Part shown: one piece after another, positions 1 through 13,495 of the stretch
Layout: the number at the start of each line of letters is the position of its first letter
How positions within the stretch are numbered: position 1 is the first letter of the stretch
DNA from: Octopus bimaculoides
Lineage: Eukaryota
Direction: 5' to 3'
Length of the DNA stretch: 64,000 nucleotides
Assembly: GCF_001194135.2 (NCBI RefSeq)
Contig: NC_068985.1
Coordinates: forward strand, 92,976,677 to 93,040,676
Made by a program: the position numbers and the translations under genes
Notes under the pieces: generated by a model
Told to the model about the DNA's origin: nothing
Seen by the model: only the letters and a program-made list of their open reading frames with translations
Databases searched by the model: none

Positions 1-2448
1 TATATGTTTTTTTTTTAATGTTATTAAATATTTAAGGTATTGTAATAAATGGCAAATCCATATTTGTAACATTGTTAGAAGCAATAACTCTGATAGTAAT
101 CTTCATGCAAGGATGTATAAGTGATGCCAGCATTTAACTAGTGTACAGATTGAATATATATTGAAAAAATATGTTTTTGAAATAAAAGTAGAAGGAAATC
201 AAATTATCCTGCCGATGCTTAGGAACTTCAATGTATAAGTTATTCATATATTTGTTTGTTGAATGCATTCAAGAAAAGATATTCATTTTGAATAAACGAC
301 TAATGTAAATTTGCATTGTATGATAACATTTTAACCAAATCAAATTACTACAGAATTTATAAAATGTTACTTCTGCATTTAAATCATATATATTATTTTT
401 CCTAAAGACTAAGTAAATACTTTTACATCTCCATAGATAAATAAAATTGTTTTCTGTAGATAATTGAATGGTAAACTTGTTTGAATATCAACTTTATTTT
501 CTCCCTTTAGCAAAATCATAGTCGGTAACTTATCACTCTGCGTATTTCTAGACAACAGTCTGGATAGTATAAAGTGTCATTTAAAAACTGCATTAAGAAA
601 TATATGTCATAAACATAGAACTTCTTTTAATAATGTCTATCTTCATAAAACAGATTCTAAAAGTATTAACTAAATTTTTATTGTGTGAATGTAGCTGAAA
701 TTCTAATTAAAAAAAAAAGAAACTTTGTGGAACTTAAGGCTGTTTCAATGACCCAATAAATTATTCTTTTACTTAAAGATCAACTGTAATGATCTAAATC
801 CTTATAGTTCCTTACACGAAGTCTAAATTAAAATGCTAATTGCTCTTTATATTTTGTGGGTTTAAAATTTTTGTTCTTTTTTAGTTATTTTCCAGTCACT
901 TTTCAATTTGGTGCTAAATGCATAGATCTTTTATTTATTCGTTATTTTTCTTGGCACTAGACATTCAACCTATTTTTGTCATTCAGGTAAACTGGAGAAT
1001 GTAGTGGTGCACAATACTTGAGAGCACAAAGGACTGGCCATAGTTACAGCAGCATAGCTTCACGCTCGCTGCACTTATAAAAAAAATAGAAAACTGTTTA
1101 TGCTTATGATAGAAATAAGTCCATGACTTAAACTTGAATCAATGAGGCTCAAACTGTATTAACTGGAATATTATTTATAATTTAATACCATAAAATATTT
1201 CTATTAGTCATTGGTATAGCCTTTGTGTCTTACTAGCTTATATCCATAAAGAAATTGGTAGGAAAGAAGTTAATGTATTCACATTATCTAAATTCTGTCT
1301 TTCCTTTTCTGTACATTTAAATATATACATGCATTCTGTTTTGGATCATTAAACAATATAAAATGAAAGCAAAAACAATTAAATTACACAAGATAATGTA
1401 GTAATAAAATCAATAATGTACATAAAACAGTAAAGCTTTTGTAAGGCTCAGTGGTTTGTGAAGCTAATCTTATTTCTCATATGTCTGTAAATATTAATTG
1501 CAGGAATATCTCCTTCCTTAACATAATGCTTTCTCTGGCTGAGCTAGCTAAACTGAGAAGAATTATGTTTTATCCTTCAGAATGCTTTACAATTCAGCAA
1601 AACAAACTTATTACTTGTGTCAAGAATGTCATAGAAACTTATTTTTGTTCATAAACTATTTAACTATGTTACTTATCCATAGAAGAGAATTAGTTAATGC
1701 AAGAATAATCTGTTACACATGACTACTATGGTGTGAAAGTTGAGAATAATTTACTGTGAAAGTGTTTGTAGGCAGATACATTCAATGGTTGATTGGACAA
1801 GGTACATGGCTCTGCATTCCAAATACTTTAAACTACTGTAAAAGCATTAAAGTTTATCCTTGTAAAATATTTTTGACAAAATATCTTTCTCAAATTCAGT
1901 TGAAAGCAAATGCAGTTCCAAAGACATTGCAGAAATTTTACTCTTCTTAAAGCTATAGAATTGTAACTATACCTCTGACTTGTCAGACTTATCAAAAACA
2001 TATTCAATCCGTTTTTGTAGGCCTTTTAAAAACAATTCAATTTTGTAGGCCTTTATGAAAAAATATGAGAGACTCTTGAATGAGAGATATTAGTTAACAC
2101 AGTTTGGTTGTAATTTAAAAGATACTGTTCAAGGTCATTTTTTCTGAAAAACATTCTTTTCACCAGAATCTTTCTGATGTATCAGGAAAAGATTTTTATA
2201 TCTATTTTTCTGGGTTTCCAAGAAAAGTTATCTTTATTATTATTGTGACTCCATTGAAACCTTTTAAAATTGTCATTTAAATGCTTAAACTACTTGAATA
2301 ATGTTACATGACCAAAATTATATGTAAAATATTTCTCTGAATACATACAGTGGAGTCTCACTGATTCTAAGTAAATTGCATTCCATTGAAATCTCACCAT
2401 CAAACTGAAGTTCAGTTATTTTATTGAATTTTGGAATCTTCTTCCTAA

Positions 2449-2791
2449 TAGGATGTCAAAAAATTCCAGGACTAGTTCTGTAGTGCACCAACAGATGGCA
2501 GCACACGATTGCATATGCACTGAGAGGTAGCAGTAGCCTTCATGAAGCAGAATGCCAAATGATATTGCCGTGTTTATTTCACAAGAGCAAATCACTGAAG
2601 GTCCTTGACTCGCTTATGGAAAACCACTTCTAGGCTGGATTTCCTGGATTTCAAAAGTGGCAGGAATGCTGGATCTCGTGTATTTGCTGCGCAAGGTGAC
2701 TATTTCAAAGGAGATTAGGTTAAAACTTGAATAAATACATTATATTTTATTAAACATAACTAATCCGTGAACCTTTTGATGCCACCTTATA
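2449..2791 (+). mobile_element. Internally deleted mariner element (MITE-like)
   Basis: Degenerate TIRs (ggatgtcaaaaaattccaggact / tccgtgaaccttttgatgccacc). Frameshifted transposase C-terminus FQKWQECWISCI/AAQGDYFKGD* at 2649-2718 matches the mariner terminal W..RW..C....G.YFEGD pattern. Confidence 0.7.
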
Positions 2792-4940
2792 CATACATTT
2801 CATTCATTGAAGTATGGAATTATTGATATCTCATCAGTTGACAACTAAAAAAATCATTTTATCAGCGTCCTATTTCTAAACTTTTTTTTTTCCCCAAATA
2901 TCAGAATGAAATGTTAAGAGATTGCAGAGGGTTTAGCTGATGATGGTACTAGATAATGATTTAAATGTTCCAGTATTATCATGAGACTATGATCAAAACA
3001 TTTAATATTCCTCAGTCCAGTGTAGTTTACTGCAAGTAGTAAACTAATGATGTGGCTATAAGCAACATCGTTGTAAAATTTATGTCACTTAATTAAAGTC
3101 AATGACACCTTTGTGATAAATTGATTTCCCTCTCATCTGCTTAGCACTACGAATCTCAAATTAGGCACAGTTTTTATGCTTCATTTAAGCTTTTGGCTTA
3201 TATAATATGAAATTTAGCATTTACGATAAAAGAAATGTATGAATTACAATTGGGTTATAGATTTTGTTTTACATACAACCTGTAGGATATAACAATGATT
3301 AAACTTTGCTTTGCATGTGGTATTCCTTTTAAAATATAATCATATATGAAGAGTTTATTCATGATTCTGAAGACAACATTGGCCAAATTATGTGATTTCC
3401 TTGACTTGGGTACTAATTCCTCCTGGAGGGTCTAGTATCACTATTGCCTTATCTTGAAAGAGATTTCTTCTCATTTACTTAGTGTTGCCCACAAGGTGGG
3501 AAAATAAAGATTGTGTAAAGTATATAATTATAAATAAAAAAGAAAAACTAAAGAAACAAAAGACATTATTGTCAGTCCTTTTGAGTGTTAGTTGTTAGTA
3601 AGAGAGCTTGCCAGAATGTGTCAAGCTAATGTCCATTTGACTGATATCTCAATATCATTTCTATCTTAACTTCAAGTACTTAATTTTAATAATTGTCTCA
3701 TGTCAAATTACTCTAATTGATATTGGCAAATAATAGTTTAGCTTATTAAATCACATTTTGTTCCATCCTCCAGAAGCATTTATCTGACTTTATAATGCAG
3801 TGTTTTTGTTTTTTTATTTTTTGTCCATTTTTGCATTATTTACATGAAACTTTACACATCAATGCTATTAACTTTAGTAAAGTATAATGGCAGGTGCCAA
3901 TATGATAAAGTAAGGCTTCTCTATATTAGTGCTTTGTGATTTCTTTGGTGTTCTACAGCGGGGAAAGATTTGTCGAGGCTGTAAATTGACAGCTAAATAG
4001 CTAAAATGATTTGCTTTTTTTCTGTGCCGGTTGTCATTGTCTGATTTAGCCTACTTCATTGAACATAGAGCAGTCTGTTTAAGAACTACTTCTTATACCA
4101 ATATTGTCTTCAGCATCATTTGTTCTTGAAATATTGCTGCTGTTGCTGAACTTAAAGAGGTTGACTGCACCAGACTTGTTTTTAAAAAAAAATCCATCTG
4201 AATGGATGTTTTAAAATAATCACATATTTCAAAATCAATTGAACTTGGCATGGCCTCAACATTAGTTGTCTGATAGGAACTAGTATTAACCATGCCAATA
4301 GGTACAGATAATCTTCCTATCAACTGCCAATTATATAGAAATATTGCATGCCCAGCGTTCTCCCCCACTCCACCAATTATTTTACATTACTGTCTGTCAT
4401 AATATTAAATTTAAAATTACATTGTTCATTTATGGAAAATAAATTCATCTTTATTCAGATGTGACAGTATTGTAGGCTAATCATCATTAACAAGCATTTT
4501 ACCTCGTTGCTATGGTTTCTTCATATTTTTCTTAATATTATCTGATCATTTGCCATTTCATACTTCGTTGCTTCCTTTACAACATCAACAACATTCCTCC
4601 AAATTTTCTTTGGTTCATTGCAATTTTGTTTAGCAGTAATCAACAGTCCATGATATTAAGTTCACTCTCTGTAATCACTTGAATCGATATGAATCAGTTT
4701 CAGGGTGGGAAATTATGGTGATAGTTGTAGAACATTGCACCCATGAAGTTTTTTTCTCAGGACATTGTGTATTAATTAGGGGTAGTGAAAAAACAATTTC
4801 TTCAGACATCTTTCCTAAATATGAAAAATAAATAAAAAAGGATGTTGGTGTGGATTGGTAATTTATTAAATACTAAATTCAAATATAAGGTCTATAACTG
4901 AAGAAAGTACTGTTTTTATGTATAGATGATTGCTACTGTT

Positions 4941-5349
4941 TACTCTTTTACTTGTTTCAGTCATTTGACTGTGGCCATGCTGGAGCACCACCTTTAGTCA
5001 AGCAAATCGACCCCGGGACTTATTCTTTGTAGGCCTAGTACTTATTCTGTCGGTCTCTTTTTGCCGAACCACTAATTGACATGAACATAAACACACCAGC
5101 ATCGGTTGTCAAGCAATGCTAGGGGGACAAACACAGACACACAAACAGACACACACACATCACATACATATATATATACATATATACGACGGGCTTCTTT
5201 CAGTTTCCATCTACCAAATCCACTCACAAGGCTTTGGTCGGCCCGAGGCTATAGTAGAAAACACTTGCCCAAGGTGCCACACAGTGGGACTGAACCTGGA
5301 ACCATGTGGTTGGTAAGCAATCTACTTACCACACAGCCACTCCTACGCC
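4941..5349 (-). mobile_element. tRNA-derived SINE family A (full length)
   Basis: Minus strand starts with ggcgtaggagtggctgtgtggtaag (A-box-like) and ggttcagtccc (B-box-like), contains ccttgggcaagtg (CORE-SINE-like segment) and a central TA/TG microsatellite, and ends in an (AAGAGTA) tail. Multiple copies in the window. Confidence 0.88.
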
Positions 5350-6429
5350 AGTTTGTAGAATATACTATAACAAGTTTACTCTTTAAGACATTTTATGAGA
5401 GGGAATTCTCAAATACAAAGAATCTCATACAACTTATATTTTGTAAAATGATGTAACACAAGTTAGAGTTGGTTATCTTGTAGTTAAGTAGCTCTGGTCA
5501 GCACTGCTTCAACAGTGCTATAGCATAGCATCCACTGATCAAATATTTGGCCACGTTCCATATGTTACTTCAGAAAGAAGTGTGTGAAATACAATCTGCT
5601 TAGGTGGGAAATTTGACATTCTTGTGATGTGTAAGAGACGAGGTTTTGAAACAAATACTGTTAGCCAACACAAGAACTCACTCCAGTATATATGAATTTT
5701 ACAAAACTGAAAAATTCATTCCTTTATAATACTTAACTCATTCTTACACACATACCTTTGTTTAGAAACTCTTAGAAAATTTGATTAGCACTATTTTGTA
5801 ATTCACTTGCAGAACCAGAAAGGTTAAAGTTTCTTCTAAACACTAAGCTTTATACCTTTAAGGTGTACCTGTCTATATTCTAGAATGTATTTTTCTCTCT
5901 TGCAATTTCACTATACATAAGTAGTTGAAGCTAATATCCATGTAGTTTTATGAATAGGAAAAATCGAAGCATTTCAGTTTGGTCTTCTTTATATGTCAAG
6001 ACATTTATTTTGGGAGAACACTTAAAATTATTTAAAAAAATGATTTCTGTATTATTCCCCTTCTAAATATAATTACCAAAATAGACGTTTTCCTAAAGAT
6101 TGGTGTAAATCCAGACAGAGTTAAATATGCAACAGTGTTCCCATAAATATCTAATATATTTTTACAGCTGATAGCATTGGAAAAGCTTACAAAGAAATAA
6201 TTTTATATAATAAGAAACTTGAATTATATAACTTAGACATTAAACACATTTACACAGACAAAAGAAGTCACAGAAATATATATACCTGTATAGCTTCTGG
6301 TTCTTTAACTTATGACTAGAATATAGTGCACTTTTTACCATTATTTTGAGATTATAAGCATTCTCATTTTTAAATATTAGATTCAAGAAGTTCAGACCTA
6401 AATAGATTCCCACATCAATATTTTTTCTT

Positions 6430-6775
6430 TGAACGTGATTGTTACCAGCGTTGCCTTATTGGCACTTGTGCCAGTGACACGTGAAAAAACATTCAAGTGA
6501 GGTCATTGCCAGTGCCACTGAACTGGCCCCTGTGCAGGTGGCATGTAAAAAACACCACTTGAGTGTGGCTGTTGCCAGTACCGTGGCACGTAAAAGCACC
6601 CACTACACTCTCAGAGTGGTTGGCGTTAGGAAGGGCATCTAGATGTAGAAACTCTGCCAGATCAGATTGGATCCTGGTGCAGCCATCTGGTTCGCCAGTC
6701 CTCAGTCAAATCGTCCAACCCATGCTAGCATGGAAAGCGGACATTAAACAATGATGATGATGGTCATGATGATGA
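6430..6775 (+). mobile_element. Family B repeat (RTE LINE 3'UTR-derived)
   Basis: Contains gtggcacgtaaaagcacccactacactc..ggaagggcatc..catgctagcatggaaagcggac and a (GAT)n tail. The same sequence follows an RTE ORF2 stop codon at 53894. Confidence 0.85.
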
Positions 6776-7239
6776 ATGCATGAACACTAATTTTCTATAT
6801 TTTTATTTATCAATTTTTGTCATATGATCTCTCTGCTGTTATAAACCATCCTGTTTGTTTCCTGTTAGGTAGGTGAGGCAGTAAATGCTTGAGTTGTTAG
6901 TCCACTTTTTATTATTTTCTTAATTACAAATTAAAATGATTTTTTTTTTTTCAATGTACTTCTTTCCATCTTCTTCTTTGTTTGTCCACACACACACACA
7001 CATAAAGAAAGTTTGCATCTAAATTCTTGAGTGAAATGCTTATTTTGCAATCATTATTTGGGTTATAGTTTATTAGTATAAGGATTTTATTTATAAAATC
7101 AAAATTGTTGTAAATATTAGTGAGGGGAATGACCTTTTTTTAATGGGTAATCTAGGATTGTGAACAGTGCCTGAGTATATATATATATATATACAAGTCA
7201 GTAAATAGTAGGGTTGTGTTAACCGCACGTGGAGAAATA

Positions 7240-8006
7240 ATAGGAAAATGAAAAATAATAATAAGGCAGAATGCTAAACTGGAAGCATATTTTAATAAAG
7301 ATTTCTCTAACCAGCTTTCATTGCGAAGCAAATTTTCAAGAAGAGGGAGAATGAAAATGTTTGTTACAAAGAAGTACAAAATGAAGAAAATAATATATGA
7401 AAAAAATATATAAAAAAATAAATATACCAATACATTATATTGTCTTTGAGCTTTTGAAGTTCAGTGGTAATTCATGTATATAATGGTTGGAAAAATAAGG
7501 ATGCATGAGAATTGAGAGTTGTGTTAGGTTTAAAAAAGCGTTAAAAGTTTGTGTTAAGCAGGAAGTGTGGTGTCAAAACAGGAAGTGTGTGTAAGGGGAG
7601 ACAAATGTTTTTAATTGGAGTTATGAACTAAAAACATTTGTCTCCCCTTACACACACTTCCTGTTTTGACACCACACTTCCTGCTTAACACAAACTTTTA
7701 ACCCTTATTTTAAACCTAACACAACTCTCAATTCTTATGCATCCTTATTTTTCCAACCATTATATAAATGAATTACCATTGAACTTCAAAAGCTCAAAGT
7801 CAATATAATGTATTGGTATACTTATTTTTTTATATATTATTTTTTTTATATATTATTTTCTTCATTTTGTACTTCTTTGTAACAAACATTTTCATTCTCC
7901 CTCTTCTTGAAAATTTGCTTCGCAATGAAAGCCGGTTAGAGAAATCTTTATTAAAATATGCTTCCAGTTTAGCATTCTGCCTTCTTATTATTTTTCATTT
8001 TCCTAT
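7240..8006. repeat. Long near-perfect inverted repeat (fold-back element): arms 7240-7613 and 7629-8006, 15-nt spacer
   Basis: The arms are reverse complements with only about a dozen scattered differences by eye. Flanked by (TA)n at 7176-7193 and from 8004. Explains the twin ORFs 7152..7430(-) and 7813..8073(+). Confidence 0.92.
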
Positions 8007-8235
8007 ATATATACATATACAGAAAATTAATGAAAATGTTAAAATCATTTCTTGTTTACAAATTGGCTCATAGAAGTGAAATTATTTCACCAATTAAATT
8101 TGACAATTAAATCTGAATTAATCAATGAATGAATTTGTTTTTAAAGTAGTGATAAAATAGTTAATATAATACACTATGAAAGAGAGGGGTTAAGATGAGA
8201 GAGAACTTTTATTTTCATCTGGTATAGCTTTAGAT

Positions 8236-8489
8236 TAGTGGTCCTCAACCGCAGTCCAGATGACCCTTGGGGGTCCATATTTGATTTTGTCGTTTAAATT
8301 TAGGGGCAATAAATTGGTTATATTTGTACAATAAACTAAATATTTTAACAATTTTTTATTCACTTCCTAATGACTTATAATTCTAAAAATAATAGGATTT
8401 TTTTTAAACACTGAATGGTTATGAGGGTCCACCTGTGTAAAATAGGAATCGAAAGGGTCCCTAGGAAAAAAAATGATTGAGGACCACAG
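8236..8489. mobile_element. hAT (Charlie-type) MITE
   Basis: TIRs TAGTGGTCCTCAA / TTGAGGACCACAG; 8-bp target-site duplication ctttagat (8228-8235) / gtttagat (8490-8497). Confidence 0.8.
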
Positions 8490-9189
8490 GTTTAGATGAA
8501 TTATTAGTTATGTGAATAATTTGTAAAATCAATGCTACTCCCACTATAACATGGTATTTTCAACCTAGACATTACAATTGTATCTGATTGTTCAAGTGCT
8601 TCAATTTTGTGTATAAGTACATCTATTTACTAGCTTTTTACTAGTACATCTATTTACTAGCTAACATTTGTCAATAGTTTCTACCATAGTGTTGCTGAGC
8701 CACGTTCTATCATTAGTAAAATTGTTGGCATTTTTGACAACGTGGGTGTGTTAGTAAAGATTCACAAAGAATTGAGGCACATAAGCATATGAAATGCCTC
8801 CAAGTGGCTAGATGGAATTGCTCTGTGCCGACAATGAAATAATTCAGCATCATTGGCATCCCCTCTACTAACTGGATACTGTTGTTACATAATTCTCAAT
8901 TCCAATTATTGATATCATAATATATATAGATATGCAACCAGCTCTGTTTTCTTCCTGTGATGATAAAGAGCTTGACTGAAATAGCAATTCAGTTTTTGTG
9001 CTTATCTTTCAACAAAATTTTTATGACTTTCAACTGCACCCATGATCTTCTGTGTATATTGTGCTATTTAATCAACTCATAACCTGTCTCTTGTATATTC
9101 AATAGTTCTTTGGCAAGAATCAAAGTGATTCTTGTTTTTTTTATTCTAAAATAGATGGTATACCATATACAAAGAGACAAAATAGACAT

Positions 9190-9620
9190 TTTGTCACCCA
9201 GATATAAAAGATGAGGGTAAATGTAAGTATAGCATTTGGACAACAGTATATGCAGCTAAGAAATAATCATGCTTCCCACCAAACTTAGATGCAAAAGCTA
9301 CAAGGCAGTCATCTTATTTACTCTTTTTTATGGAGTAGAAACTTGGGAAGTGTGTTGGAGTCAGGTGGAGAAAGAAAAACTTCATACTTTCATAATGAGA
9401 CACCCACACATAATCATGAAAAGCTCATAGAGACATGGCTCCCAACAGTGAGACGTTAGGGCAAGTAGGATTGCCAAATGTAGAAGACTTCATTATGAGG
9501 TAAAAGCTACATTGGACAGGACATGTTACTCAAATGTCATCTGAAGAGTTCTTTTTATAGAAAACAGATTAAGGCTTGTCACAAATGCAGACAATAAGGA
9601 AAGATGTCAAAGGGCCTCAA
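9190..9620 (+). mobile_element. Old RTE/BovB-like LINE ORF2 remnant
   Basis: Translates to YKAVILFTLFYGVETW and KLHWTGHVTQM, matching the RTE C-terminal YKAV.L..LLYG.ETW and L.W.GHV.RM motifs, with stops and frameshifts. Confidence 0.7.
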
Positions 9621-11777
9621 CAAAGATGTCAAAAGTTGAGGCCCTGGGATTGGTTACAAAGTGATGATGGAAAGTTGGGTGAGTTAAGGTCAGTAGCTAG
9701 TTGATCTAGCAAGTGGATGTGTATGTCAATCAGTGGGAGTTTATTGTGAAATAAACTTATTTGAGAAAAGGCTGACCCAAGAAGTCTGGTATGTTGAGGT
9801 TTTAGGTAGCACCATTTACATGTTTAGGTTTAAAAAAAAATATATGAATTGAAGTGGGTAATTATATAGCAAGCACGTAATCATTGTTCTGTCTACCATC
9901 AAATACAGGTAAAATTCCTATTTTGTGATAAAAGATTTTTAACTTAAATAATTACTCTTAAGACACATTACCAATATATTTTGTTGTTAATATGTGCTTA
10001 TTTTTAATAATTTAAAGTTTATGTAGATACCACTTGATAAGTAACTTATTGGAACTAGATTTTCAAAGATTTTGAAGTGTTAACGTAATGTAATTAGCAA
10101 TTCAAGTACACAACCTTTATGTACGAACATTTTAAAGCTGTTTTTCTTTTTATGTGTTATTATGTCATTGAAAATTATCACTGTAATTTACTGCACTATG
10201 CAATTGAATTGGAGAGGAAAGTAGGCTTTAATATAATTAACTGACATTGTAGTACAATATTTGTTTAATAGAAGAATTTCTATTATAGCAACAAAATCTG
10301 TTTTGATTTTCAGTTTTAAAGATAATACTAGGATATAGATGAGGGCTTCAAATACAATAAAACATTGTTTTTCTTAATGTGAATTACTAAAGACTTACTA
10401 TTGCCTTGGAGTCTTGAAATAAAAGCATTATAGGTTCTGATAATATTTGCCTTCAATTCTCTGCAAACTCAAATTTATTGTCAGAGAGCATTGTGAAGTG
10501 TCTATTAGACTTTTGTTTTTTCTTTATCCCTCGATGCCATCACAAGGGAGTTTAGGATTTCATACTTTAAAAAGATTTTATGTTATCGACCTGCTTCTCA
10601 TTGCAAAATAATCTAGGACCTCCTTCAAAAGTAACCCATCTCCACTGAACCAGGCTCACTACCATGCCATCAGGTCCAATGCCACTCCCACCACTTGAAA
10701 TCAGTGAGGTGCTATTAACCATATTGTGCTCCTTACTCTTATCGTCACCAAACACACACACACTCTCTCCTCCTCTTTCTCTCTACACACACATGCACAC
10801 ACGCAAACACACATATCACATCCCTGAGCAATTTAGTGGCAATAATTTTGTTGCTCTGGCAAACACTACTTTTGTCAAGCAAATATGATATGGCTGTTCT
10901 CATTTGTACCCCCAACTTCTCAGCATGATGATTAAAGAATATGCAAAATAGTACCCTTTGCATTAACAGACTATATACATGTGGGCACATGTATACATGT
11001 GTGAATGCACACACACATCTACTATAAAGTGACTGTTAAAGGTGTTAGCCCATCAGCACTTAGTTAAAAATTTGTGGTAACTTTCTACATGACCAAATGA
11101 CAGCAATAATATAGTTACTATTATACCATTGTCATTCCTACAAGCGTCTACAAAAATCCCCTTCACTCCTATCTTTCTTGAACAAATAGACAGTACTACA
11201 TCCATACACAATTAATTTCTGAATTAATATCACTTTGATTAAATCCAACTGGATTTATTTTCGTAATTATTTCCAAAACCATTTAAAGGGATAAAATTAG
11301 TTGCAAATTTTACATTTCAGCTTGTGTTATCAATCAGATGAGGTAGAACTATGTAGTGTTGATCTAAACCTGATAAATATAATTTGGTATGTTGGGTTTT
11401 TGACATGTGGTAAGCATCTTAGCAGTTCTGTTGCAGTTTTGCTTAACAACACCTGTTCTAATTAACCACACAAGTCTAGAAATGCAAGCATACACATCCT
11501 GTATAGAAATTTTCTAAAATCTGCTATAAATTTCATTTGATGGCCAGCACATTTTGGTGTTTATAGCAATATGTGTTTTATAATTTTTTTAATGAGAATT
11601 TTAAATTCATGTAATATGACGAACATTATGCTTTATATATTTTTAAATATTTCATTCCGATATAAACCTTGTCTTTTACTTAATGTCTGTTTTAAACATA
11701 CAGTATTTTAATGTAGCCAAATCGATGATATCCATGAAATTCTATGACTTTCACAAATATCTCTTGTTTTATTTCAG

Positions 11778-11909
11778 CACAAGGAAGACAAATGTTTAGA
11801 ACAAAACCTCAAAATGTATCTGCTATTAAAGACCAAACTGTGATATTAAAATGTGAAGTCATGAATCAAAGTGGATTGATGCAATGGAGCAAAAATGGCT
11901 TCGCTTTAG
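11778..11909 (+). CDS. NPHS1-like: Nephrin-like IgSF gene, coding exon: first half of Ig1 (xQGRQMFRTKPQNVSAIKDQTVILKCEVMNQSGLMQWSKNGFALG)
   Basis: Acceptor ttgttttatttcag|CA and donor TTAG|gtaagt; 132 bp, phase 1/1, open frame. Ig B-strand Cys plus the QW.K.GFALG motif characteristic of nephrin/Sns/Hbs Ig1. Missed by the ORF track. Confidence 0.93.
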
Positions 11910-13053
11910 GTAAGTAATTTTCTTTCTTTTGCCAAATAACATTGTTGTTGACTTGTGTTAGCTAAAATAAGAAACTTCTCTATTTTGGTTATTTTAGGTA
12001 TTAATGTTAGGGCAGTTTTATGTTCTTTTACAAATGCACCTCAAGTTACTTTAGCTATAAATGTGTGACTTTTTTTTGTATTTTTTACTATGTAATTGGT
12101 GGTTGTTTTCTTTGTATACTTTTGTCCTTCTTTCTAATTGCGTTTTTCTGTTCGCAATTTGTATACGAAACAACTGAACTTGTAAGTCTTTTTCTAACTC
12201 AGTATCCGTATCTTTAATTTAGTCTTTACCTATGGGGATACTAAACAGTTTTCGGCATTGAAAAATTATCTTACTAGGTACCACAAAATCTTGTGCCACT
12301 AGTAATAACTAGTTATTGCCCCCAAGATGACTTGTGCTATAATGAATAGATAATAATGTGTGTGAATAATAACATCATATTTTCTAACAGTTGATGGATA
12401 ATACATACATTAAACATAAAATTGATGCAATTTTCAACACAAAGGAATTTCAGTTTTTTGTTGGTTTTGTTTTTGGATTCATACTTTCCAATAAAGCTTT
12501 CTTTTGTATTTCTTTAAATATAAGAAATATTTTCTATCTCAGATAAGTTTTTCTGGTGGAATAATTTCTTTTTATTCAGTAGGACAGTAATTCTGATGAA
12601 CGAACATTTCAACTTTATGAATTAATCATTAACATTTTATTGTGAATGATATTGGACATTATGAGCATTTTGAGACAGAAACGAGCAACATCCCCACCTA
12701 TTGGATATGATCTCCATGTCTGTCATTTGCGAGCTGACAACATTACTAACAGAACTATCGAGTGGCTTATCTCTCCTTCTCAAATTAACTACTACAAACA
12801 GTTTTTGCTATTTTAACTAATACTGCACCTCCAAAAGACAATTCTTTGGTTATATAGCACTAAAATTGAAAGTTATTCAAAGCCTAACATACTGAAGTGT
12901 CCACAGTTTAATGTTTGAAATGGGGAATAACTCTAATTAAAATTATGAATTAATGGCTAACTATGGTCTTTGTGTTCTTCTCTACCTGCTGTTGGTGATT
13001 ATAATTAACAATAGCTCTAATTTAAGTATATAAGGTCTTTCAGTGCAAATAGT

Positions 13054-13054
<1 letters not shown>

Positions 13055-13128
<74 letters not shown>

Positions 13129-13130
13129 GC
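13055..13130. repeat. (TC)n-(CA)n compound microsatellite
   Basis: Seen directly; one of many simple repeats (also (CA)n at 17678-17729, 22985-23020, 40560-40601 and (TA)n at 42051-42148). Confidence 0.9.
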
Positions 13131-13248
13131 AAGTTCCCAACTATGACTGATCAGTTGTGTTTTAACTGATTTAGTATGACGAATTGAAAGTAACCATTCA
13201 TAATTTTCGGAGCTCAATAGAATGACATTGTTTTACCTGTTTGGGGGT

Positions 13249-13495
13249 CATATGGCATAGTAGTTAAGTGCGCGGGCTACTAACCCCAAGATTCTGAGTT
13301 CGATTCCAGGCAGTGACCTGAATAATAATAATGATATTAATAATAATAATATCGAAAAATACCTTAGGGATGAGAACCCAGGTTCAAAATTTCCCCAAGA
13401 AACCTGATGAAGGCTGGAGGTTATATCAGCTGATACGTTGTGTTAACAACAAACACGATGAGGACAAATATCTGTCAAATGTAAATAATGTCCAT
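13249..13495 (+). mobile_element. tRNA-derived SINE family C (full length) with an embedded minimal type-I hammerhead motif
   Basis: A-box TGGCATAGTAGTT (13253-13265), B-box GAGTTCGATTCC (13296-13307), (AAT)n linker, then CTGATGA-A-GGCTG..CAGCT-GATA-CGTT-GTGTT at 13404-13444 and a TAAATAATG tail. Homologous copies at 15006-15277 and 26465-26606. Confidence 0.85.

Noticed and set aside
7240-8006. Palindrome as a pure assembly artefact
   Set aside because: The arms differ at scattered positions and in homopolymer lengths, as expected of a real, aged repeat; not fully excluded without long reads.
10664-10888. ORF MPSGPMPLPPLEISEVLLTILCSLLLSS.. as the missing signal-peptide exon
   Set aside because: It has a hydrophobic stretch but no convincing phase-1 GT donor after it, and it runs into (CA)n/(CT)n repeats.
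13249-13320. tRNA gene
   Set aside because: It has A/B boxes but no complete acceptor stem and continues into a repeat body seen in three copies; it is a SINE head.
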